The notes: generated by a model not told the origin, from the sequence alone. DNA of 64,000 nt from Candidatus Freyarchaeum deiterrae (GCA_037305845.1 CP147778.1:736001-800000), one strand, 5' to 3'. Positions 9,805 through 20,526 are shown, numbered from the stretch's first letter. Numbers and translations are program-made.

Positions 9805-10149
9805 TTCGCATTAACGGAAAAGAGGCAATATATAAACACATTGTGGTAAAACTCTCCGCTATAATTATTTTGTGTAAGTAATTTTGGGAATATTTGCAAT
9901 TGAAATTCTGATTTTATCTTTATTTCCTAGTTAAAAGATTGCAGAAATTGAAGATAATGGGGCATCAGGGGTTCTCTGAGATTGTTTCTTAGATTCCGAG
10001 CAAGTTTAATATTTTCAAAATGATAGGATTTCAGCAGGTAGCTGCATTAATAAAAAAGATAATAAGAATTCAATCTCTTAGATTACATATGGAAAGCGTG
10101 CTTCGGAACAAATATTGCCTATGTTTGCCAGTATGTGGAGGTAGTGTAT

Positions 10150-11718
10150 TTGAGTGAATCTGAACTTCTGGAAAGCGCTGAGAAAGCGGAGAAAGCGGCT
10201 GATTATGCTCTCGCTAGTGAACTCTATCTGAAAGCAGGAAATGCTTTTCAAGAAGCGGGAAATTATAACAAGTCTCGTGAATGCTATCTAAAGGCGGCAA
10301 TAAACGGTGCCGAGGGAGTTGCTGAAAAAGGCAAAACCGATAAACCCGGACTATGCTATTACAATGCGGGTTTAGCTTTTAGCAAGCTTGACCGTCCGGA
10401 GAAGGCGGCTGACTGTTTTGAGAATGCCATAAAAAACGGTAAAGACGAGCCCTGGATAGGGATGGCTTATTTCCAGTTGGGTGTTGCCTACGACCTTCTG
10501 GGGGAAAGAGAGAAGTCTGTGGACAGGCATGAAAAGGCGGTATCTTACTTTTTAAAGGCTGATAACACAAAGATGGTGGGTTTATCTTACCTAACCATCG
10601 CCATGCGGTATTTCCTCCTCAAAAAGTATAGAGAGACCATCAAGTCCTGCGAGAGAGCAGTTCCTCCTCTTGAGAGAGTCCAAGCGGAAAGTTATGTTGG
10701 GGACTGCTACTACTATATGGGTTACGCTAATCAGAAATTGGACAAGAACATCGCGGCGATTGATTGGTTTAGGAGAGCGGTTACTTACTATGAAAAGGCT
10801 GATCGTCAAGACAGGGTTGCGGCGTGTTATTCTCAGATAGGGTTCTGCTATGGAGAATTAGAGGATTATCAAAAAATGCTTGAGTACTCTCAGACGGCGA
10901 TTAAACTTTTAGAACAAAAGGGTGATAAAGCTACTCTAGCGAGCAGTTACGTGAACGCTGCCCGGGCCCAGCTGAAGCTTGGTGACAAAGAAGGTGCAGC
11001 GGAGCATCTAAAGAAAGCGATACCCATTTTGGAAGGTTTGAAAAATCGGGAGAGCTTGGTCTACTCTTATGTTCAGTTGGTAAATATTTATGACGAGCAG
11101 GGAAAGTACCGGGAGATGTTGGAACCGTTAGAGAAGAGTATTCCCTTGATGGAGGGGGAACCGCCCCAAACACTTGGAAACTGGTATTATAAAATGGGCA
11201 GAGCCTACAATGAAATCAAAATTCACGATCAGGCGCTCGAGGCTTACACGAGAGCTCTAGAAGTTTACAAGAAAATCGGCGATGAGGAGAGCATGGGAAA
11301 CGCTGAGATGAACATCGGAGGACAAATGCTTCACCTAGAAAGCGCCAGGGAAGCAATCAATCATCTCAACGAGGCTATAAAGCACTTTGAGAAAATAGAT
11401 GAAAACCTTAAAATCGGGCGATGCTACTACAACATTTCACAAGCCTACATAAGAATGGAAAAGTATAAAGAGTCTCTAGAGCCCTCAGAGGAATCACAAA
11501 AGTATGCGAAAAAAGCAAAAGACTACGAAACCGCCGCCCTAACACTATACAACATGGGAAACATCTACATCAAACTTAAAGACTCAAAGAACGCGATGAA
11601 ATACCTGGAAGAAGCAGCGAAACTTTACCAGCAGCTCGGAAATCGAGAACAAGTGATGAAATGCTCAGAAAAAATAAAGAGGCTAAAAACGGGAGCCTTT
11701 TTACCAGACACGACATAA
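10150..11718 (+). CDS. Long TPR-repeat protein with alpha-SNAP-like N-terminus
   Basis: About 12 TPR-like repeats (A..Y..LG..Y...G....A.....KA); SD GGAGGT before TTG 10150 (ORF track starts at 10135). Confidence 0.85.
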   Translation: MSESELLESAEKAEKAADYALASELYLKAGNAFQEAGNYNKSRECYLKAAINGAEGVAEKGKTDKPGLCYYNAGLAFSKLDRPEKAADCFENAIKNGKDEPWIGMAYFQLGVAYDLLGEREKSVDRHEKAVSYFLKADNTKMVGLSYLTIAMRYFLLKKYRETIKSCERAVPPLERVQAESYVGDCYYYMGYANQKLDKNIAAIDWFRRAVTYYEKADRQDRVAACYSQIGFCYGELEDYQKMLEYSQTAIKLLEQKGDKATLASSYVNAARAQLKLGDKEGAAEHLKKAIPILEGLKNRESLVYSYVQLVNIYDEQGKYREMLEPLEKSIPLMEGEPPQTLGNWYYKMGRAYNEIKIHDQALEAYTRALEVYKKIGDEESMGNAEMNIGGQMLHLESAREAINHLNEAIKHFEKIDENLKIGRCYYNISQAYIRMEKYKESLEPSEESQKYAKKAKDYETAALTLYNMGNIYIKLKDSKNAMKYLEEAAKLYQQLGNREQVMKCSEKIKRLKTGAFLPDTT

Positions 11719-11749
11719 GAGTGCGAAAGGAAAAATACATCCAACCCCA

Positions 11750-12037
11750 TTATCGAGTTTGTCCGCCTCCTACTGGGGGAAATATGGCTACAACATCCTC
11801 ACTCTCAAGTTTTGTTTCAAGCCCCTGCTCAAAATCGATATCGCGACCGTTGTGCAGAATTTTGATAAATTTTCTTATTTTTCCATCATCGAAAATAGCT
11901 TCCCTAAAAGGATCCCCGTATATTTCAACCAGTTTGTTGAGAAGCAATTCAATATTTTGGGCTTCTATTTCTGTCTCTTTGACCTTTGTTACTTCTCTTA
12001 GATTAGCGAAAAATTTTACCAGCAAATCTGATTCCAC
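11750..12037 (-). CDS. MoaD/ThiS-family ubiquitin-like protein (SAMP-like) with C-terminal extension
   Basis: VKFFANLRE...ILHNGRDI...DVVAIFPPVGGG followed by QTR. Confidence 0.88.
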   Translation of the reverse strand: MESDLLVKFFANLREVTKVKETEIEAQNIELLLNKLVEIYGDPFREAIFDDGKIRKFIKILHNGRDIDFEQGLETKLESEDVVAIFPPVGGGQTR

Positions 12038-12183
12038 CTATCAAAATCATTCTGGGTGCAAGTATCTGAATGTACTACTTTATCATGGCAACAATTTAGT
12101 GGTTGGGATATCAGCAAACGACTTCTTACCTGTATCTTCTAATACTTACTTACTTTGACTGTTTTTCGCTTCAATAAATCTTT

Positions 12184-12792
12184 TTATTTCACAGAGTGGA
12201 AGGTTCTTTTGTGTAACTTTTTTCTGGTTCTTCCAGATTTTTCCAATTTGTTCATTTTTCCCTTTTTAGAATTTTCACTTGTCAATCCGGTCCAGGGTTT
12301 TAAGCGGGGAACCCAACGGGGCACGTTTTTTATGTAAAGGAGGTATTCTTGTTTGAACCTTTGGGTTAGGGCTGGCTCTTCAGATTTAATGATGTAGACA
12401 TGGTTTACAATCAGAAATAGAGTAAACCATAGAAATAGAAAAATTGAACCGAATACTACAGCTTGGCCAAGAAGGATGATTGATACTCCGAATATCATTG
12501 GATTCCGCGTGTGGCGATAGATACCGCTAACTACAAGGTTCTTAGGCGGATCCCATGGGGCTAGTGTGCCTTTCCCGATTTTTGCAAAAAGCTGGATAGT
12601 CTTAGCCAAAAGTAACAGACCGCCGCCGATGAGCGTACATCCTGCAACTATTGGGATTACACTGAGTGGAAATGATAAGAAGAACCATCCGAGCTGAATT
12701 TCTCTCGTAATCACTATAATAATGGTTGGAATAATTATAGTAACCGTGGCGGGAAGCAGTATGATTGCTCTGAGCTGTTTCCATTTTCCCAT
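12184..12792 (-). CDS. ICMT/PEMT-family membrane methyltransferase
   Basis: GKGTLAPWDPP, LVVSGIYRHTRNPM, EEPAL..RF...Y..Y...VPRW. Confidence 0.88.
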   Translation of the reverse strand: MGKWKQLRAIILLPATVTIIIPTIIIVITREIQLGWFFLSFPLSVIPIVAGCTLIGGGLLLLAKTIQLFAKIGKGTLAPWDPPKNLVVSGIYRHTRNPMIFGVSIILLGQAVVFGSIFLFLWFTLFLIVNHVYIIKSEEPALTQRFKQEYLLYIKNVPRWVPRLKPWTGLTSENSKKGKMNKLEKSGRTRKKLHKRTFHSVK

Positions 12793-12993
12793 AATGATTC
12801 AATAATTGAGCCATTAAATAGATAAACATTTTTTCCCAAAGAAATCTACAATGGTTCGCAACATTTTACTCTCCTAAACACAGAAATTCAAAAAATATTG
12901 CAATTAGCCTCAAAAAACTTGTGTATACGGGTCAACGGTTTAAAAATGGTGTCACTAGATTTTTCTGAAAATGAAGGGATGGAGTATTTATTT

Positions 12994-14796
12994 TCACTCG
13001 AATTTTTTGAGCCTGGATATTCCTATCCGTAGTGAGATATAGGCGGCTGTAATTCCGATTGCTGCGGACGCTGCTATTCCCAGAATTGAAAACGTGGTGT
13101 TTACGTTAAGTTGCGCAAGGGTTATTATGACTATCGGAATCTGAAATATCAAAATTGATGATTGGCTTGGCAAACTTAGCAATATGCTCAGGGTCGGTAT
13201 TGAGAAAATTACGTTCAGTATCCAGGGGAAGATGGCGAATAGGACCATTATTCCTTCTATGAAGAAGGTTATCACGGCGAATATTAGGAAGTTTATCAGG
13301 TTGCCGGCGCTCTGTTCTTTGAACACTGGGCGGGCGCAGTATATTCCTAGCGCAATGGCGGAGCCTATAGTGGTCATAAAGAGCATCACCGGTGCTATTG
13401 TTAGTATCTGAGAAAGTGCAGACCCCAGTGCAATTTGGAAGAACACAGCCAAAATTAAACTTAGCGGTAGACCAATTATGAGCATCTCCAAAAGTTTCGA
13501 GTAAACCAGATTTTCCACTCCTCGGGGTGCTTTTTTATAGTTCCAGAATACGTCTCTTTGCTTAACCGTCATTTGGCTTGCTTCTACTATTGATAGGAAT
13601 GCAGCCGTCAGGATTAGGTAGAGGGAAGCGAAACCGGGCAACACTAGAATTCCAGCTGTACTGGTTGTCGGTTGATAGTTGTTACTGAATCCTAGAAAAT
13701 TGAAGAAATAGACTATAAGAGGAAATACCAAGATGCTGGCCACTCTGACCACGCTCTCCATACTTCTCAAGAACTCTTTCAACTGCACCGCGGTTATCGC
13801 GCCTAGAGGCGAGGGAATCGCCCGTCTTACAAACTTGAAGAACCTGCTCTCTTTTTCAATGGTCTTTACTTCACCCATGGATATTTCAAATCTAAAAATT
13901 CTAGTTGAGAGAAGTATTCCGATCAAGAAAATCAAAAACACGAATGCTGAAAGCAGAACTAGGCTGATCTCGAGACCGGGTTGAAGAGGCAGATAATAAG
14001 GAAAAGAGTAGGGTCCAAAGGTATTAGTTATTTTGACCCAGTTGGTGCCTGTTACTGCAATAAATATTATGTTAGTCACCCATGTCGTTGGTGAAAAGGT
14101 CCAATAAAGGGATGAAGCCTGGGAGGAAAAAAGAATAAAGTACGAAAGACCAAGAAACATTCCCGCTAATCCGAGTATAGCTCTTCCTATATCTCTAATG
14201 TGATGGGAACCCTCGCTTTTCGCCTGTATGTAGGAGGATAGTAAGACTCCAACCCAAACACCTACCAGTGACGGAAGCGTGGCTGCAAAGATTATGATTA
14301 AAGGCGTAACCGTGCTTATTATGCCGTGTATTATAAAAACCGGGAAGAACAATGCAGCAACGATTATGAGGTATAAAGGTATGAAAAAGAGATTTGCTAC
14401 AAAACGGCCGAATAAGAGGTCCCTCGATCTCAGTGGGCTTGACAAGACTACATCCTGGCTCAAGACCTCTGTTTCTCTGAACACAGCTCCAACCGAGCCC
14501 ATGATGGGCGTCAAGAATCCTAGGATTCCCATAAGTTGACTCATAAGAAGCGTTAAATCAACCTGATTAAACGAGTATTGATATTGGCTGGTATACCCGT
14601 AAACAATGTAAAGATAATTTTGTACCGCGCTCATTAAAGAATTGTTCAAGTATATGGGATTTGAGAGATAAATAACGATGGCGAAGGCTGTTGTAGGAAG
14701 TGCAACCAGTATTATGGGAATTGCTCTTCTTATTACTCTGATTCGAGAGGTCATGAGGCGGTACTCATTCTTGGCTACCGCGTACCATTTTTGCAT
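12994..14796 (-). CDS. ABC exporter permease (about 12-14 TM)
   Basis: Highly hydrophobic; LSSPLRSRDLLFGRF motif; directly downstream of an ABC ATPase. Confidence 0.8.
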   Translation of the reverse strand: MQKWYAVAKNEYRLMTSRIRVIRRAIPIILVALPTTAFAIVIYLSNPIYLNNSLMSAVQNYLYIVYGYTSQYQYSFNQVDLTLLMSQLMGILGFLTPIMGSVGAVFRETEVLSQDVVLSSPLRSRDLLFGRFVANLFFIPLYLIIVAALFFPVFIIHGIISTVTPLIIIFAATLPSLVGVWVGVLLSSYIQAKSEGSHHIRDIGRAILGLAGMFLGLSYFILFSSQASSLYWTFSPTTWVTNIIFIAVTGTNWVKITNTFGPYSFPYYLPLQPGLEISLVLLSAFVFLIFLIGILLSTRIFRFEISMGEVKTIEKESRFFKFVRRAIPSPLGAITAVQLKEFLRSMESVVRVASILVFPLIVYFFNFLGFSNNYQPTTSTAGILVLPGFASLYLILTAAFLSIVEASQMTVKQRDVFWNYKKAPRGVENLVYSKLLEMLIIGLPLSLILAVFFQIALGSALSQILTIAPVMLFMTTIGSAIALGIYCARPVFKEQSAGNLINFLIFAVITFFIEGIMVLFAIFPWILNVIFSIPTLSILLSLPSQSSILIFQIPIVIITLAQLNVNTTFSILGIAASAAIGITAAYISLRIGISRLKKFE

Positions 14797-14814
14797 ACTC
14801 CTCCCCCATTTATG

Positions 14815-15579
14815 CTATGTTCTCCATTCCAAGAGGTCCTCTTTCACGGCTTCTTTTCCAATAACTTTGAGATAAGCTTTCTCCAGGGTTTTTGTTTTGG
14901 TTTCCTTAAGGATTTCTTCCAGGCTACCCTCTATTTTCATTGAGCCTTGGTCAATAATCGCGATTCTTTCACACATCTCTTCGGCAAACGACAGCATGTG
15001 TGTACATATGAAGAAGGTTTTCTTAGCTTCGGAGACCAGATCTTTAATCATGTCTTTTACCATGCGCGCCGAGGCGGGATCTAACCCTGAGATGGGTTCA
15101 TCGAGGAAGATTATTTGGGGGTCAGTAATCAGCGTGGATGCCAGTAGTACCTTTTGCTTCATACCCTTGCTGAAGCCTTCGAGTAAGTCGTTTTCACGGT
15201 TCTTAAGTTCAAAGAGTTGAAGAATCTCGTCGATGCTGTTGTAGAGTTTCTTGTGAGGGACATCGTAGAGGTCGCCCATGAATTCCAGGAACTCTTTGGC
15301 GGTTAACTTCTCATAAACTCCGGGGGTTTCAGGAAGTAGACCGGTAATTCTTTTCACTTTGTCCGATTCTTTCAGTATGTCGAAGCCTCCTACTTTAGCT
15401 GTGCCCTCGGTGGGTCTCAGTATACAGTTCAGCATTCGAACCGTCGTCGTTTTACCCGCACCGTTAGGTCCCAGTATTCCGAAAGTTTCCCCATTCTCTA
15501 CTTTCAGGTTTAACTTGTTAACCGCAACTATTTCCCCAAATTTCTTGGATAAATCCGTTGCCTCTATTGCTAACTTCAT
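14815..15579 (-). CDS. ABC transporter ATP-binding protein
   Basis: Walker A GPNGAGKTT, signature FSKGMKQK, Walker B IIFLDEP. Confidence 0.95.
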   Translation of the reverse strand: MKLAIEATDLSKKFGEIVAVNKLNLKVENGETFGILGPNGAGKTTTVRMLNCILRPTEGTAKVGGFDILKESDKVKRITGLLPETPGVYEKLTAKEFLEFMGDLYDVPHKKLYNSIDEILQLFELKNRENDLLEGFSKGMKQKVLLASTLITDPQIIFLDEPISGLDPASARMVKDMIKDLVSEAKKTFFICTHMLSFAEEMCERIAIIDQGSMKIEGSLEEILKETKTKTLEKAYLKVIGKEAVKEDLLEWRT

Positions 15580-16024
15580 AACCTTTTACCTCTATAATCT
15601 TGAAGATTCATTGGAATTAATACCGTGAATTCTTAAAAATCATTTGGTTAAGTATCATTTTCTATAATATTTAATGAGTTCAGGTTTTTCCAATTTATTA
15701 GGTCAAAAACCTACTCAATAAGAGACGTAGGTATTGAATTAAGCAGATTTATATAAATTTATCTAAAGAAGTAGATGAAAACCAAGCTTAAAAAATTTCC
15801 AATATACGAGCTTGTTCTCTATTTTCTAAAAACCTGCTTTCTTTTAATTCAGTATATTTTCAAAATAATAGAGCGGAATTTAGTCGAAATTTGTTTATGT
15901 TAAAGGATTCTACGATATTGGTTCTAGAGTGGCACATGATTAGAATTTATTAAAGGCAATTACTAAGCCATTTGGTTTGCTTTTCTTTACCTATGATACC
16001 ATTTTGCAAGTTCAAGTATTTTAT

Positions 16025-17269
16025 CTATTTTGCTAGCCAAACTGAGTCGAACGTGTATCCATTAATGTCTTTAGCTTCGAGATGAATTGTCTGATTTTGA
16101 AAAACACTTATCAGAGTAAAGTGTAGGGTCTTATTGCCATAGGCACTGTACGACTGAGGGACATAATTCTCCAGAGGAGCCCCCCAACCACCAGTAGTTA
16201 AATACATCGTACCATTCTGATAAGAAGACACGTTATTGTTGCTGTACATTGGTAAAGTTCTATGATAATGATGCGTGTGGCCCTGAATAACTATGTTCAC
16301 ATGGTACTGGTCGAATAAGGGTACCCAATATTGCTGAAGATCTATAGCGTTCCCGTGCCCGCCGCTCCCGCTGCTGTTGTAAACGTTTCGATGAAACATA
16401 ACAATTTTCCACATATTTGATGGAGTGTTGTTCAAAACGCCATCAAGCCAGTTTCTCTCGTCTGTTGAAATCTGAGACGGGTACGCTTCGCTGTTGAGAA
16501 CGATGATTCGTAGATCTGGTCCCCAGTCTACATAGTACCATTGTCCGTTTCCGGGTAGCGCGAACTGTCCATAATAGTTGGTTGCGTTGTTTTCGTGGTT
16601 GCCTAAACATGGGATGACGGGGATGGTGAGACCGTTGTCACCTATCCAGTTGTCATTTACATCGATAAACCAAGAATCCCATTGGCTCTGATCCAAGCCG
16701 TTCTCAACCATGTCGCCACAGTGCATTACGAAGGAAGGATTAGTATGGCGCATCGCTTGTGAGACTAGGGTTCGATCCGCCGGATTAGTCCGCGAGTCAC
16801 CCCCAGCTACAAACTCAAAGTCAGAAGCCGAGCTGGGTGCGGTTTTAAAGGCTCGCTCCCCGCTATAATTTCCTGACCCGCCGCAAATGAAGTAGTATAT
16901 AGTATCGGGTATTAAATTAGTGAGCTCCGCTTGATGAATGTATCCCGAAGCGCCGGAATAGGTGTGATGAGAACCTATAGTTGAGTTAGGGTATAGCGAA
17001 TAATTCCCGCCATGAGATACCGTATCGTATAAAACGGTGTCACCTGATGTAGAATTTTGTGTCTGCCAGATGACAGTTACATTATGTGCAGGATCGTTTT
17101 GGTAAGTCAAATGTATGTTTTTGGGGGTGTCTACAGTCGGACTTACTTCTACAGGCAAGAATAGAAACGGGACCTGTGTAGGACGTTGCAGCTGAACGAG
17201 CAGGAAGGGTAGAGGTATCGCGATAAGCGCGATTACCAGCAACACGATAATAAGTTTTCTTTGTTTCAT
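16025..17269 (-). CDS. Membrane-anchored purple acid phosphatase-family metallophosphoesterase with FN3-like domain
   Basis: N-terminal TM; GDSR, GDMV, GNHE, GHTHHY. Confidence 0.9.
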   Translation of the reverse strand: MKQRKLIIVLLVIALIAIPLPFLLVQLQRPTQVPFLFLPVEVSPTVDTPKNIHLTYQNDPAHNVTVIWQTQNSTSGDTVLYDTVSHGGNYSLYPNSTIGSHHTYSGASGYIHQAELTNLIPDTIYYFICGGSGNYSGERAFKTAPSSASDFEFVAGGDSRTNPADRTLVSQAMRHTNPSFVMHCGDMVENGLDQSQWDSWFIDVNDNWIGDNGLTIPVIPCLGNHENNATNYYGQFALPGNGQWYYVDWGPDLRIIVLNSEAYPSQISTDERNWLDGVLNNTPSNMWKIVMFHRNVYNSSGSGGHGNAIDLQQYWVPLFDQYHVNIVIQGHTHHYHRTLPMYSNNNVSSYQNGTMYLTTGGWGAPLENYVPQSYSAYGNKTLHFTLISVFQNQTIHLEAKDINGYTFDSVWLAK

Positions 17270-17461
17270 CTGCTCTCATTTCCTAGAAATTTTCATCCCG
17301 TAATTTAACGAAGTTATAAGGAACATTAAAAGTTTGTGTAGCCGGCAGGGTTCCATAGCAGTTTCCACAAATGGTGAGAGAAATGTTTTGGAAACGATTC
17401 AATAACTAAATTGTGAGGTGTTTAGCTTTTTACGGATGAGTTGTTTTAATCGGCGAAAAAT

Positions 17462-18241
17462 TTAGTCTTGGTTCGTGTTTTTCACAGTCCAATCAGTTAC
17501 AGTTTTCATGGCTTCTTGATTGTTTCTAATGTGGTGGTTTACGTTTTTGAGGATTAGAATTTTTTTGGGTTCCCTAGCTTTCTCATACAGGTCGTAGGCG
17601 CTCTTAACGGGAACGACGTCGTCTTGGTCTCCGTGGATGATGAGAACGGGTCTGGGTGAAATCTTTCCCGCCCAGTCGAGAGGGTTTAGTTTCTTCAGAT
17701 CGGTTCTTAATTCTTTGAAGGTTTTCTCAGTATTGGTTATCTTGAGGATTCCGAATTGTGTTGCGTATTTGATTCCTTCTTTTATCACTGGAATTTTTGT
17801 TAAATCTGAAGGACTTGAACAGCTTGCAAAAGCCTTAACTCTTGAATCATTAGCCACAACCGACCAAGAAACAAACGCGCCGGCGCTGAAACTCACAAGT
17901 CCTAACCTTCCAGGATCGATGCGTGGTGAGGATGCCAGATAGGATATTGCATCAGAGACGTTGCGAGACCAGCCGGAAAAACTGAACTCGCCTTCACTTC
18001 CGCTAGTTCCTTGGAAGTTGAAAATCAGGGCGGCGTATCCTCTCTCACAAAACTTCTCGGCTAGAGTGGGGTAGCCCTTTTCCTCAACGGGTCTGTTTTC
18101 CCGGGGTATTCCGTGGCAGATGCAAACTCCAGGAATTCGCTCGGAAGCGGAAGTATCGAGAAAGAACAGAGTGCCGCCTAGGCGTACTCCGCTGCTTATT
18201 ATAGAAACCCTTTCGCTCTTAATCATACCAACACCAGACAT
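17462..18241 (-). CDS. Alpha/beta-fold hydrolase
   Basis: CHGIP, nucleophile elbow SFSAG, IHGDQDDVVP, C-terminal NH. Confidence 0.88.
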   Translation of the reverse strand: MSGVGMIKSERVSIISSGVRLGGTLFFLDTSASERIPGVCICHGIPRENRPVEEKGYPTLAEKFCERGYAALIFNFQGTSGSEGEFSFSGWSRNVSDAISYLASSPRIDPGRLGLVSFSAGAFVSWSVVANDSRVKAFASCSSPSDLTKIPVIKEGIKYATQFGILKITNTEKTFKELRTDLKKLNPLDWAGKISPRPVLIIHGDQDDVVPVKSAYDLYEKAREPKKILILKNVNHHIRNNQEAMKTVTDWTVKNTNQD

Positions 18242-18381
18242 ATGTCCTATAGAATAATTTTATAATTTTGGACATCTTAAATTAATACAGGGTATATGGA
18301 ATAGGGAGTGTATTAATACTCCTTTTTAAGGAGAGGAGAAAAATTTCATCCATTTATGTTGAGGAGGCGCCTTTCTCAAGG

Positions 18382-18876
18382 GTGTTTGCCTATCGGATAA
18401 TTTTCATAATTTTTCTCAGCGTATTAGTATTCTTAGTTATGGTAGGATGGCTGAGCGGATACTCTTTGGGGCAGTTTTATAACACATCCCTAAGCACTGT
18501 GCAAATACTAGCTCTAATATACTTAGCATTGGCGATTTTTCTAATTTACATAGGAATCGTTTACTATAAGCTTAGATACGTGGTTAGAATAGATGGATTG
18601 CAGATCATGTTATTCCCATTCACTCTAACCATTCACTATGATACAATATACGAAATCGATTTAAGACCACCAAAAAAGGTAGAAGGCCCCCCGGGTTGGG
18701 GTCTTAGAATCTGGGGAAATTCCATGTTTGCTATTTCTGGTACGAAACCCTGTTTATACATAAAAAGATTGGAAGGCATTGTAAAAGAATTCTACCTGTC
18801 CTCAGGAGACCCAGAAAATCTAGCATCAAGAATCAAAATTAACATGAGAAGGTACTTCGCTCCCCGAAACGCATAA
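18382..18876 (+). CDS. Two-TM membrane protein with PH-like C-terminal domain
   Basis: Two TM helices, GWGLR motif; start uncertain because the frame is open upstream. Confidence 0.7.
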   Translation: MFAYRIIFIIFLSVLVFLVMVGWLSGYSLGQFYNTSLSTVQILALIYLALAIFLIYIGIVYYKLRYVVRIDGLQIMLFPFTLTIHYDTIYEIDLRPPKKVEGPPGWGLRIWGNSMFAISGTKPCLYIKRLEGIVKEFYLSSGDPENLASRIKINMRRYFAPRNA

Positions 18877-18998
18877 AAAAAATAGCAGAATAAGTCAAAA
18901 ATCAGAAACACCACGCTATAATACGATACATGCTAATAGAGAAGTTATCAGAAATCTGCTTATCCCTTTTAATTAATGTTTGAAGGAGTTGAAAAGCC

Positions 18999-19508
18999 TT
19001 GAAGGATATTATATCCTCTTCGCATGGAAGAATCTCGGAGCTTAAGCGTAATGAGATGGTGGAATTGGTTTTAAGAAATAAGTCTGGCAGATTGGGTTTA
19101 TCGGTTAATGATGAGCCCTACGTCGTTCCTGTCTCTTATGCGTACCATGAGGGTAAGATTTACATTCATTCGGGGAGAGGTAAAAAGACTGAATACCTGG
19201 CCAAGAATCCCCGAGTTTGTTTTCAGGTAGATGAGGTTTATGATAACGGTTCATGGAAAAGCGTGATAATTTACGGAAAAGCCAAGTTTGTTGAAGACTT
19301 TCAACGGGGTCTAAGAATTCTTTTTGAAAAATTTTCGGAGCCATTTATGCGGGACGAGGATGCAGCTATTGCCCGTCAGAGAATGGAGAATTTTCTGAGC
19401 ACAGTTTCTGGGATTAGAGCTCCACCCAGTGAAGGTGGTGGTGGAATGCAGTTCTACGTGTACGAAATTGAGGTTGAAGAAATGACCGGGAGACAGGAAA
19501 TTAGATGA
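18999..19508 (+). CDS. Pyridoxamine 5'-phosphate oxidase-like flavin-binding protein (NimA-like)
   Basis: GRLG...PYVVPVSY, G.K...L.KNPRVCFQVD, WKSVIIYG, MTGR. Confidence 0.88.
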   Translation: MKDIISSSHGRISELKRNEMVELVLRNKSGRLGLSVNDEPYVVPVSYAYHEGKIYIHSGRGKKTEYLAKNPRVCFQVDEVYDNGSWKSVIIYGKAKFVEDFQRGLRILFEKFSEPFMRDEDAAIARQRMENFLSTVSGIRAPPSEGGGGMQFYVYEIEVEEMTGRQEIR

Positions 19509-19632
19509 GATGAACGTGTTTTTGTTTTTAATTTCTATTATATGTATTGTGCGATTTCAATTTGCAACCATAATGAAAAAGTGCCCTTGCGGTTTTCCTT
19601 TTTGTTGGGCTGTGCATTTAATAATTAAAAAA

Positions 19633-20526
19633 TTAGGGTTTCCAAGTTTTTTCTATTGAAACCTCTTCGAGTTCAATTCTTAAAAGAGCATTTCTAAGGG
19701 TTTCTTCTTCATCTTTCTCGGAGTTTTTAGTTGCTTCTAAGAGTTTTTGAACCAGATAATTTCTTTTTACTCCTCTTCTGGCGTAAGTTCCGAGCGCGAA
19801 AATGGCATTAATGCGGACTGCGGAATTATCATCTTTTAATAGGTTGAGGAGAGGGTTCAGAATTTTTTCGTCTGTTAGTTTTTCATCAGCGTTTTGTGCT
19901 ATTATGAAAGCGGTTCCTTCCCTAATTCTGGGGTCTCTGTAGTTTAAAAGCTGGATGAGTGTTTCCAGAATTCTCTCTTTTATGAGCCCATTCTCCCACA
20001 TTTGTTCTCCCGCAGCAATGGAGAGGCCAATGTTAACATTGTAGTCTTGTGTTCTTAGTATTCTTTCAATAAGATTTGAATCATTTTTTTCTAGAACATC
20101 TCTTATAGCGTACATCCCTATAGTCCACCCCGAATTTGCTCGGAGTTCCTTATCATCGTCTGTGAGAAATTTGATGAGAGGCTTAATGATTCTATCATCA
20201 TAAAAACCAAGCTTAGCATACTCACCAAGAGCGGTGGTAGCCCGGCAGCGGACTTTACTGCTCCAATCTCTTAATAGTTTTATTAACAGTTTTAGAGCAG
20301 CTTTATCAAAAATTCCATGAGAGGCATATTCTCCCACGGCAAACGCTGAATTCATCCGATCCTCCCTGTCCACCTCACTCAAGAGTTTTACAAGAGGCTC
20401 TAAAGCCCTCCTATCAGTCTGCCCCCGCATCGCGTATCTTCCTATGTTGAAAGCCGCACGGCTCCTCTTCATCCTGTCCGAATCCGTTAATAAGGAGATT
20501 TGCTTCTCCAGATTCTGCGTATCCAA
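19633..20526 (-). CDS. HEAT-repeat protein
   Basis: Repeated L..LL.D....VR..AA.ALG units. Confidence 0.85.
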   Translation of the reverse strand: MDTQNLEKQISLLTDSDRMKRSRAAFNIGRYAMRGQTDRRALEPLVKLLSEVDREDRMNSAFAVGEYASHGIFDKAALKLLIKLLRDWSSKVRCRATTALGEYAKLGFYDDRIIKPLIKFLTDDDKELRANSGWTIGMYAIRDVLEKNDSNLIERILRTQDYNVNIGLSIAAGEQMWENGLIKERILETLIQLLNYRDPRIREGTAFIIAQNADEKLTDEKILNPLLNLLKDDNSAVRINAIFALGTYARRGVKRNYLVQKLLEATKNSEKDEEETLRNALLRIELEEVSIEKTWKP

